NCBI RefSeq assembly: GCF_000150275.1
Contig: NW_002060945.1
Span: 6,563,607 to 6,627,606, forward strand
DNA length: 64,000 bases
Reading direction: 5' to 3'
From: Trichoplax adhaerens
Taxonomy: Eukaryota; Animalia; Placozoa
Shown: one piece after another, positions 49,766-60,836 of the stretch
Layout: each line of letters begins with the position of its first letter
Position numbering within the stretch: the stretch's first letter is position 1
Position numbers and translations under genes: made by a program
The notes under the pieces: model-generated
Seen by the model: the letters and a program-made list of their open reading frames with translations, nothing else
Databases searched by the model: none
What the model was told of the DNA's origin: nothing

Positions 49766-50570
49766 TTTAATCTGTAATTGACATTATAAATGCAATGAAA
49801 GAGCCGCTCTTCTTATATAGGATAGCCGTGAAGAACTCTTATCATTAATTCATAGTAATATACAAGTATCTTGTACTTGTGAAAGAGCTATTGATACAAC
49901 TTACAAGTCATTAGAATCTGACAACTACGGTAAGTATTATTTTTAGAAGAAAGGAAAGGTTTCTGCTTTTCAAAAGTGTAAAGAGTAGTCAGTGCTGATA
50001 TCCTGCTATATTAAGTCTACGCTAAGGCTAATCGAATACTCATAGGCTAACTAAACACATAGTAATATCTCTATAGATCATGATGCTTGTTTGCCTGTAC
50101 GATATGATACATTAACAAGCTCATAATAGCCTGTTATCTAGAGCCAGCTGGTTATCATTAAAAGCTGCATCATACTTCTATCACATATTCACTTATTGCA
50201 CACTACGTTATAAAGGGCTGCGCTGGAAGACCTCGAAATCTTAGCTCATGCATTACTGAAGGACAAAAATGTTGTCTAGCCTCCACGTTAGTCTATGAAA
50301 GTAATGAGCTTGCGAAATAAGTTAGGGCTGTTTGTTGAATTAGGAGCTCTACTTTATTATTTTTGTCATATCAACGCTGATTTGCTCTTACCACAGTTAC
50401 AAGTTACATTTATGATAATTGGTGCTTTCGACTAGTATATTATCAATTATTGTTTCTTAGTTCTCAAGACTATGTAACGATAACTATACTGTACGCGTGG
50501 ATACATGGCTAGTGTTAAAGTCAAGACTGTTATGCAAGTTATGCGCTAAATTTTACGACCGTTATAATGA

Positions 50571-50725
50571 ACTATGGTAGTAAATATAGTACAGCTGAAT
50601 AAGTAATTGCACAATAATTACCTTTGCCTAGTCCATGCTATAGTTATAATTAAGTATGGTAGTGAATGTAGTACAGCTGAACAAGTCATTGCACAATAAT
50701 TACCTTTGCCTAATCCATGCTATAG
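50571..50725. repeat. Tandem duplication, unit ~82 bp, two copies
   Basis: tatggtagt(a/g)aat(a/g)tagtacagctgaa(t/c)aagt(a/c)attgcacaataattacctttgccta(g/a)tccatgctatag at 50571 and 50653. Confidence 0.9.
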
Positions 50726-51487
50726 ATAAGTGTTAGATTACAGGTGGTTCATGGAAAAATGTACGGTATAATGTACTACAGTACTTTATAAGCGTGGAGC
50801 TCCTAAATATCATCGTTACACTGGTAAATTTATATGCAAAAAGTACGTTGTATATGCATTCCGAGCAACTAAAAAAAGTAATATTAACAACCTATATCGT
50901 TTCATCAATGGCTGAATCAATAATAAAAAGCAATATTTTCGCTTTATGGTAAGGTGCAATGGTAAGCTATGATCCAGGTAGATCTAAGTAGAAGGGTGTT
51001 CAAACCCTAATGCTACCTGTACGATAGCATAGATACTGTACATTGTGCAACGCAAGCTTGACCAACGCAACTCTAGCTAATTACAGGTGAAAATTAGTAT
51101 TTTTTGTTAATAGGTGCGGTCCGTTGTCCAGTTCTATACAGGGTTCTATAAATAAATAATATAATACGAGATAATTGGAGGATTTATTGTCTTCTATACG
51201 GTATTATTATACAGTACCACATATAATATGCATATAGGCTAGGTAGTACTGTATTTGCAGGTACAGGATGTAATCATGCGAAAGGCTAGTAGTAAAGTAA
51301 TTTACCTCAAAATTAAATTTAATTGAACTCGGTACGCTCCATATATTTCAGTGATTGATGCTTCTGCAATGGCTAACTGTCATGGATGAAATGGGTAGTC
51401 TACGATGTGAAGCGAGTTGAAGCCATAACTTTCTGACATTCAGCAGATAAGATTGAAATTGTGAAGTAAAAGGAACAAATTATAGCG

Positions 51488-53454
51488 ATGTTGAAGTCAA
51501 TAACAGTGGCTTGTCTGCTAACCCTGCTGGTGTGTTCGAATTCATTGAAAATTGCAGTTTTGCCAACGCCTGTTGCTAGTCATATTTTATATATGAAAGC
51601 TGTTTCAGAAATATTAAAGAAAAATGGGCATCAGGTAATTATCAAGGTTAAAATTTGATGGCAACGTTTAATAGCTTTTTTCTTTAGAGAATATAATGCA
51701 AGTACGTATTTTTATCCTCGTATTTCGCTGGCAATTAAATTCACTACAGCTATGAAGGCATTTCAGATGCTTTATCAAGAAATGCTTGCTAAAGCACTGA
51801 GAAATTTTAATTAATATAATTGAAAGATCTCATCGTGCTAGCTTTTTCAGGCTTTATAAGTTCTATTTTATTTACTACAAAACTACTTTAAACTTACTTA
51901 ATAATTGCACACAGGTTAGCATCATCGTAACCGAGGCAGGTGTTCCTATGATTCCCAACATTCATGCTATAACATTCAGAACAATATCACCTTCTGAAAG
52001 GGTTCCTGTTGCAAGCAATAAATTCGGCTTACTTGGAATAATCAACCTAATGTCGACGATGTATGCTATGCAAGGGACATTTTGTCGCAGTATGCTACAA
52101 AATGATACGATAACTAAACTCATCAAGGAATATGATGTCTTCGTCACTGACTCTATTTACCTTTGTAGCTTTATGCTCCCTCAAATTGTTAACAAACGCA
52201 ATATCATGATTGGTATACAAGGAACATTATTATCGCCAATTGGATATCCAGCCTATCCTAGTAATCCTGCTTATATACCTCAAATAGGAACGACTTATAG
52301 TTCGAAAATGAACTTTTTTCAACGTGTTAAAAACACAGTAGCTGCATGCTTAAAAGAACTCGTAATGTTTAACGTTATGAACTATTTAGCTTACTCTATT
52401 AAACAAGAATTCAACATTAGACCCGATTTAGGATTTTATGAATTAATGTTATCGCCAGAAATGACTTTAGTAGCCGGAGATTTCGCTGTAGATTATGCAC
52501 GACCTATACCGCCAAATATGAAACTAATAGGATCACTATCAAGTGTATCAGCATCTCCAGTACCTGAAGATCTAGAAAACTTTATGGAGAGTTCGAGAGA
52601 ACGCGGCGTAGTTCTTGTATCAATGGGAACAATCTTTGAATTTCCTGAAAGCAGCATACCGACTCTATTAGCTGGTTTTAAAAGACTTGAACAGAAAGTT
52701 CTATGGAAAACTAAATTAAACGTTAAGAATCCTCCAGATAACGTTAAAATAGTAAGATGGATGCCACAAAATGATATTTTGGGTCATCCAAAATTAAGAG
52801 CATTTGTAACCCATGGTGGATCAAAAGGTATTTACGAAGCCTCTTATCACGGTGTTCCATTAATTGGTATACCGATACAAACCGAACAGCAATTAAATAT
52901 AGGAAAGGCAAAGGCTGCAGGAGTAGCGTTAAATCTGGACAAAAATAATCTTACACCTGACGTTATCGTTGAGGCAGTAGTAGAAATTATTAATCCATGG
53001 TATGCCATATAATATTCCGCATTATGCATCATCTAATTATTTGTTAAACGTTATTTTACGTATTAATTTATTACGTATGAATAATAGATATACACAGTAT
53101 TATAATACTTCGTTCATCGTCTTGACCTTAAATAACATTAATGGTATCATTCTTTGCATTACATGAATATGTGTATAATATAATAGGTATAAAGAAAATG
53201 CTATCCGAATATCTAAGAGGATGCAATCACGACCCAAACCTCCAAGTGAAGCTTTAGTACAGTGGATTGAATATGTCACTCATAACGATGTTAGCCATTT
53301 AAAGCCTGAAGGACTTGATATGCCTTGGTATCAATATTACCTTGTAGACGTCATAGTATCTTCAGTGTTTTGTATATACAGTATATTTAAAATATGTAAG
53401 TATTTGCTATATTACCCTTCAACTAGCAATGTAGGTAAAGCCAAATATGATTAA
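51488..53454 (+). CDS. UDP-glycosyltransferase (animal ER-type UGT, GT1 family), copy A; 3 exons
   Basis: Exon 1 has the signal peptide plus LKIAVLPTPVASH..LKKNGHQ (catalytic His). Exon 2 has DVFVTDS, AYIP, MNFFQRVKN, DYARPIPPN and the UGT signature WMPQNDILGHPKLRAFVTHGG..YEASYHGVPLIGIP..EQ. Exon 3 has WIEYV..WYQYYLVDV, the TM helix and a KAKYD dilysine-type ER signal. Confidence 0.93.
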
Positions 53455-55550
53455 TGAAGCTTTTACTACAGGCTCTTTAGGAAGATTATACCTAAGTATG
53501 AGAAATTGATTTTAAAATTATAACGCAAGGAAATTTAAATCATTGTTGAAGAATAATGAAGTTTCCTTTACGTATTCATATTCTGTATTAGTAGAAGAAG
53601 AAATTATCTATTTTTGTTCTGGATTATTTAATTTTAACAATATTAATGAGATTTATATTTGTATCATGCATACTCTTGTACTACTCGTATATTGAAAGTA
53701 TCGTCCAATACATTGCATTGAATCATTCGTGGTACCTGCATCACTTATACACTCCCGACTATTAAATTTTTATTGCACTAGCAGTACCTTATTAGAGATA
53801 TATATTCATTAAGTAATGAGATATAATTATACTTCATGTTTAAGTAACTTTAAATCAATTTATATAATCAAAGCTTATGTCATATTTCCATATATATTAT
53901 ACGGTATAATTGTAATACAAGTTTGTAAAGTATAAAGAGGTAAATTTTAATCATAAGTTGGCTGCTAAGAAAAATCTATTGCATTACTTTATTGTTGCAT
54001 ATTATAATGCTCATATTTGTGTACATAACGGTAGCCAACAAGCTACAATAATATAATTAAGCCTTAGAAGGTGCAGAATAAGAATAAATAAGTCGACGTG
54101 ACAACTCCTCCATCTCGGCACTTCTCTCATGCTGGTTCACCAATTAATCATCTTGTTGATATAATCAACCCAATTACATAGTTGTTTCCTTACTCTATAT
54201 AAAATACTATATTGCATTTATGATTGAAACAGTCTGCAAAATATAATAAAATATAAAATGTAATATTATCTCTTAGACGCTATAGCATTTTTGTCAACTT
54301 GTTTTCATTGTGCTTTCATGATATACAAATACTTACTCCAATTGGTGCTGTTATAATAGGATTGAAAATAAAATTAAGCATGATTAAGAAAGGTTTGACT
54401 ATCCTATAATTTCAGTAAAATATATTTAAAAAATTGTCTAATTTATAATATAATTATTGCACTTTATTATGATATAAAGTTTAATTAAAATATTGTTAAG
54501 AAATAAGAAGTCTTTGGAAGTTTCGCGTTTTATATTAATAGAAGAAACCATAAGATACAATATTGTTTATTCTGTAATAATTTGATCGATAACTTTTCAC
54601 ATTAGTACATGTTTTGCAAACCGCTATGTTGCTACATATAGCACTGATCATGCTATCAATTTTCGTGAGTAAAGGTATGATTTAAGTCATAATTTGTTGC
54701 TCATAAAATTAATATTTTACTTTGAATAAAGAAAAAAATATAGTATTTAGATATTGTGTTGTAATAACTTCAACCTGTTCCATGCATAGGTAATCAATAC
54801 GGAATTTAGGATAATTGGTGCTCGAAATGATATAACCTTCTGCCCTTTGGGGTTGTAACCCTAACTATGTTTGAGTATAGTGATTATTGTACTATAAATC
54901 TACGTTCTATAAGTGCAGTATTTACAGGTTTTGTAATTATATTAGTAAAGAGATTAATTTGTTCCGCTAGAGATGAAAAACAATTCTTTAAATAATTTTT
55001 CAATAATCCCTGATTTTGAAATAATGCCTGATGTATTTATATTGTAGAATCAAACTCTTGGAGTATGTTGCTTCGTAAGCAAGATCCCGTTATTTCAGCT
55101 TACCGCTGTAGAATGCAAAATACCGATTAACCAATACACTTTAGAATACTATTTGTATTGCTAAAGATTTTTTAACATCATGCTAGCATTTGAATCAAAT
55201 AAAATCAATTGATGCAAGTAATCCTTTAATAGCTGTAATCAATTGAAAGATTCTCCAGATGGCGTATGTAAGTAAATTATAGATTAAACTTACATTTATA
55301 TACTGTATTGTGTACAGTGACATTAAACCTGTATCTGGATCCATTGATATACTGTACGGTAGTTACTATCCACTATCTTTTCTAGTTCTCAATTATAGGC
55401 TATATAAACTTCAAAATAGAATTTCTTAAATTTTAATGCGATCAATCAAAAATGATGTAGTGCGCTTTGGAAGAGCTCATTTGTTCCTCGATTATGACTT
55501 GGTCTAAAGTTTATTGTTGTATATGTATACTATTCTTATAAAAATTTTTT

Positions 55551-56330
55551 AAATTCGAAGCATATTTTTTGGTCATTTCCAAAGCTGTGATGTAGATTTC
55601 TACCCTCGTATGCTGATAATTATATAACTTGACCGTTGATCGTAATAACTATAGTTTTTCTTTAGTATGGAGCTCCGATACACATTTTACTGTACAGTGT
55701 ACACCCGTATACATTATTGATAATATACTGTATATAATTATAATATGCGTACGTAAGGCTTATATATAGACCGCGATTTAGTGGAAAGATACTGTACTAC
55801 TATCACAAAGGTTTCTCCTCGATATTGGAAGCATATTTTTAGTCATACGGTCCGACTCCTACTTTTTAAATTTGAAGCATATTTTTAGTCCTTTCCAAAG
55901 CTGTGATGTAGATTTCTAAGCTCGTATGCTGATAATTACATAACTTGACCTGTTGATTGTAATAACTATAGCTTTTCTTTAGTATGGAGCTCTGATACAC
56001 ATTTTGCTGTACAGTATACACTATTGATAATATACCGTACTGTATATAATTATAATATGCGTACGTAAGGCATATATAGACCGCGATTTGGTCGAAAGAT
56101 ACTGTACCACTATCACAAAGGTTTCTCCTCGATATTCGAAACATATTTTTAGTCAAATAATTATATAGCTTAACCCGTTGATCATAATAATTATAGCTAT
56201 TCTTTAGTATGGAGTTACGATACACATTCTACTGTACATGGTTTGGTCGAAAGATACTATATTACTTTGTGAAAGGTTTCTCCTTGATATTCGTAACATA
56301 TTTTTAGTCATACGGTCCGATTCATACTTC
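55551..56330. repeat. Tandem repeat, unit ~315 bp, two near-full copies plus a deleted third copy
   Basis: aaatt(c/t)gaagcatatttt..ttccaaagctgtgatgtagatttcta..tttagtatggagctc..aaagatactgtac..aaaggtttctcctcgatatt..catatttttagtca repeats at about 55551 and 55868, with a partial copy at about 56156-56330. Confidence 0.9.
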
Positions 56331-56713
56331 GAGATCTGATGCAGATTTATAGATCGGTACGACGACGTAACTAGTAAAATGATTGAAGCGATCGAACCTA
56401 TCACAGCGACTGATAGTTTGTATTAGAAGTTTGAAAGAAATAGATTATTGAATACTGCGATAAAAAGTAATAAAAAATATTAAGAGCCAATTGCTCAAGG
56501 TTGTACTGATCTGTATGCATGGAATTGGAGCCAAATTTAAAGTATATTTCTTGACAATTGAAAGATATAATTGAAGACAACACTGTAGCCGAACATCTTT
56601 CAACCATATTAGAGGGCTCACTACGTCCCTATAACAGTGGTCTATACCCTGATATACGTAGACGTACGTATATAAAATCGAGTATAAATGGACTGTACAG
56701 TTTGCATTTATTT

Positions 56714-56756
56714 AGGTCATGAGTTCAAGAGGCTCACTTATTAAAGGTCAACCCTG
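56714..56756 (+). promoter_or_regulatory. Cluster of nuclear-receptor half-sites (DR2 AGGTCA-tg-AGTTCA and extended half-site TAAAGGTCA)
   Basis: AGGTCA at 56714-56719, AGTTCA at 56722-56727, TAAAGGTCA at 56742-56750. The paralogous block at 60497-60539 retains AGTTCA and TAAAGGTCAACCCTG. Confidence 0.45.
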
Positions 56757-57059
56757 CTCGTCCACTAACTTTTTTTAGTTACTTTAGTTATATAATTACT
56801 ATACAACAAAAATGTGTGGAAAATCATTGGAAAATATCCTGATATTACACTTAGAAATATCAAATGACTTTCCACACACCCTGTACTGGACTTATATTTT
56901 GAATTGGCTATACTGTCCTATGTCATTGTAATGACTGACCCACCATTTTGTTGCGTGTGTTGACTGTCAAGTGTCAACGTATTCGCCTTCAGGCGAAAAC
57001 GTTGACCTGTTATCGCTTGATGACGTGACATGTTGAAATTTTGACAGCACGTTACAGTT

Positions 57060-57205
57060 TTACAGTGTATAGTACAGTACATTCAGAGTGTACTGTACAG
57101 TATTCAGCATGTCTCGTACTGTACAGTACTGTACTGTACTGTACAGTACCGTACAAAACATTTTTCTACAGTACTGTACTGTGCTGAATGTACTGTACGG
57201 TACCG
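57060..57205. repeat. Foldback TACTG/CAGTA element with a 15-bp perfect inverted repeat, upstream of UGT copy B
   Basis: gtacagtacattcag (57072-57086) is the exact reverse complement of ctgaatgtactgtac (57184-57198); the interior is gtactgtacagtactgtactgtactgtacagtac. Confidence 0.85.
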
Positions 57206-57359
57206 TAACGCTTTTTTTAATTTTTGTTTATTTAGACCGTTCATTCAGCTTATTCAATAGAATAGCCTAAAACTTTTTCAATTGCAACATCTTCCTTATT
57301 GATATGTGATTTCTAACTAGGCTGTGCAATTCTAAAAAATAACAGCTACAAATACAAAA

Positions 57360-59296
57360 ATGACAACCAGATGGAACACTATTGCAATATTTGGAGTATT
57401 AGCTATGCTCCTTTGCTCCAATGTAGGTGCCTTGAAAATCGCCGTATTACCTATGCCTGCCGGAAGTCATATCGTATCTATGAAAACCGTTTCAGAAACA
57501 CTAATCAAGAAAGGCCATCAGGTAGAAAGAAATGCAATAAGTAATAGTCTGCAGGCCACTTTAAAACTTCCAGATTCGATAGAATTGCCGCATAGGAGTA
57601 AAGCATATACTGTACATTAGTGTACAGTATATTTATAAAGAATGAGATTGCGTGCGCGAGATGCGAACTATATGTACTATACAATGATAACAATGTTTAT
57701 TTTTGGCAATCACATCATTTATATCTACATAGTTGTATATGTTCATTTATTAATTAAATATATATTAATTAATCGTGATATAGGTTAGCATAATCTTATC
57801 AGAAGATAAGCTATCGATGGTCGGTAATGTTCCCGCTATTACTTTCGAAACGATGAAATTTGAAGGTCTTCAAGGTGCTACTACAGTAGGAGGCTTATGG
57901 AAAATTGTGTCGATAATGCTTTCCCTTCAAGGAACTTTTTGTCGTGATATGCTACGAAACGATACCATTACTACTTTAATCAAAGATTATGATATCATCA
58001 TCACCGACTCTATTTACATTTGTAGCTTTATGCTCCCTCAAATTGTTAACAAACGCAATATCATGATGGGCATACAAGGAACACTACTATCTCCTATTGG
58101 ATATCCAGCCTATCCTAGTAATCCTGCTTATATACCTCAATTAGGAACGACTTATAGTTCGAAAATGAACTTTTTTCAACGTGTTAAAAACACAATAGCT
58201 GCATGCTTAAAAGAACTCGTAATGTTTAACGTTATGAACTATTTAGCATACTCTATTAAACAAGAATTCAACATTAGACCCGATTTAGGATTTTATGAAT
58301 TAATGTTATCGCCAGAAATGACTTTAGTAGCCGGAGATTTCGCTGTAGATTATGCACGACCTATACCGCCAAATATGAAACTAATAGGACCACTATCATG
58401 TGCACCAGCATCTCCATTACCTGAAGATCTAGAAAACTTTATGGAGAGTTCGGGAGAACACGGTGTAGTTCTTGTGTCTATGGGAACAATTTTTGAATTT
58501 CCTGAAAGTCTGATACCGACATTAGTAGCTGGCTTTAAAAGACTTGAACAGAAAATTCTATGGAAAACTAAATTAAACGTTAAGAATCCTCCAGATAACG
58601 TCAAAATAGTAAGATGGATGCCACAAAATGATATTTTGGGTCATCCAAAATTAAGAGTATTTATTACTCACGGTGGATCAAAGAGTATTTACGAAGCTTC
58701 TTATCACGGTGTTCCATTAATTGGTATACCGATACAAGCCGAACAGCAATTAAATATAGGCAAGGCAAAAGCTGCAGGAGTAGCTATTGGCTTGGAAAGA
58801 AATGATCTTACACCTGATATTATCGTTGAGTCAGTAACAGAAATTACTACTAATCCATGGTATGGTATATTAGATTACACATCATATATTTTAATTAAAT
58901 ACGCAATTATGTATGACTGATATTTATATGCTTGATAAAATAACAATTAAGTAAGAATTATATGATTTTTATAGTACTTTTTGATCATATGAAATACCTA
59001 GCACCATTCTTTATATCATATATAATAGGTACAAAGGAAACATGTCTCGAATATCAAAAAGTATGCAATCATCCACGCCACCAAGGGAAGCATTAGTGCA
59101 TTGGGTCGAATATATCACTAACAACGATGTGAGTCATCTAAAGCCAGTAGGACTTGGTATGCCATGGTATCAATATTACCTTTTAGACGTTATAGCATTT
59201 CTTGTATTTTGTTCATACTGCATATACAAGATATTCAAGTATTTACTCTGTCGGTGTTGTTGCAGTAAGAATGAAGATAAAATTAAGCGTGATTAA
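57360..59296 (+). CDS. UDP-glycosyltransferase, copy B; 3 exons
   Basis: MTTRWNTIAIFGVLAMLLCSNVGALKIAVLPMPAGSH..GHQ|VSIILSED.. UGT signature WMPQNDILGHPKLRVFITHGGSKSIYEASYHGVP..EQ ..NPW|YKGNMSRIS..WYQYYLLDV, TM helix, KIKRD end; intron positions match copy A. Confidence 0.93.
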
Positions 59297-60631
59297 CGAC
59301 TATTTTAATTTATACTTTGTCATCCTGAATAAATTTAAAAACTATTTGCATGTCGTTTGAGATAGAATTTAACATGACGTGAAATAATTTAAGAATTATA
59401 AAGCATAAAGAAATTTTTGAAATAATCGCTTGTCATATTACTATAAGAAGCAATTAGCAATGAGATGCATCGTAAATCTCCACTATATTGTTTAATTTAC
59501 TCGATAATACTTTACATTTGTATATTGCATGTAGGGATATCAGATGCATACTATTTTAGTTAACTATGTCAACACAAACGTGCTTGCAATTACTATATTC
59601 ATTCTTTTATTGCATAGGTTGTAGTTTAATTATGTTTTTCAGAAATTGACTAAATAAGCATAGCACTTACACGCGTTATAATGATAACTTTGAATCAGTT
59701 ATGCTATCGATACGGTAGAGTAATAACTACGGGATAATTTAAATAATGCAGCATATATCCTTATACTTGTGTATTACCGTTATTGAAATTATGGTGTATT
59801 CAAACGAGTTTTATAAATATGTACTATGCGGCTTATACACATAAACAAGAGTTTTATATATCTAGTTCGCATAATAAATATTTCTAATTAACTGCAATTA
59901 AGTATCTACAATGTAGGATCAAGTTTTACGACACTTGTCGTATTTATGAAGAAAGATTTTTTATACTCAGCTTACCACAGCAGAATCATACAGGTGCTAG
60001 GCTATATTTTTTATTAATACATATAAGTATTTTGGCTTTGAATGTTTTTCAAGCAATATTAGAGAAGATATTCGACGAAATCGCTCTCTGATGCAATTAC
60101 TATAGTAACGGTATACGTATTTTCATCAATACACTGGAATGCATTGCATGCTGTATAATATTCATTTATCCAAGTGATTTTATATATTATACGGGTATAC
60201 TATAAACTATCAAAAAATACTATTATTTGTTATACAATTCACTGCAGTCCAATTGAGCAGTACAGATCCTGCAAGAAAGGCTCCATCATTTTATCATTTA
60301 AGCTACACCTACATATGATGTGATTTTTTTACTGTATGTAATAAAGGCTACTATACTGTAAGGAAGATTCTTTATTATGTAAGAGAAAGAAGGACAGTAT
60401 TTTAGTGAATATTGCAAGCTCTGATGCAGAATTTACACCCTGATAATAAATAAACCCGCATGTAAAGTAGAGTGTCAATGGACTGTGCATTTATTCAGGT
60501 ACTAAGTTCAACAGGTTCCCTCGTTAAAGGTCAACCCTGTTCATTGGCTTACGCGTAGACTGTCTACGTGTTCACCTCCAGGCAAAAACGACCTCTATCT
60601 GCGCTTGATGAAGTGACACGTTGAAATCTTT

Positions 60632-60693
60632 ATAGTATTGTACTCAGTATATTGTAGTGTACCCTACTGTATAGTACTGTATGTACGACTGTA
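60632..60693. repeat. Degenerate TACTG/CAGTA tract at the position paralogous to 57060-57205
   Basis: tagtattgtactcagtatattgtagtgtaccctactgtatagtactgtatgtacgactgta, lying between flanks that align to the copy B promoter. Confidence 0.65.
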
Positions 60694-60836
60694 TGTTTAT
60701 TTATGTGTAATGTATACCTCGTCGTTCAGGCAAATTCAATAGCATAGCCTTAAGCTTAAATTGTTCCTATTGCGAACATCTTTCTCAGGATATGCAATTT
60801 GCCTAGTCGGTGCAATTCTAAAGCAACAGCTACAAA

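Noticed and set aside
54849-54865. Telomere-like aaccctaa
   Set aside because: Single unit only; expected by chance.
55866-56607. Minus-strand ORFs of 66-119 aa over and beside the tandem array
   Set aside because: They mostly reflect the repeat unit, are not kept open between copies and show no recognisable protein or transposase motif.
58350-58604. Antisense ORFs within UGT and kringle exons (also 51962-52147, 52847-53032, 62130-62360, 32710-33003)
   Set aside because: Shadow ORFs on the opposite strand of real coding exons.
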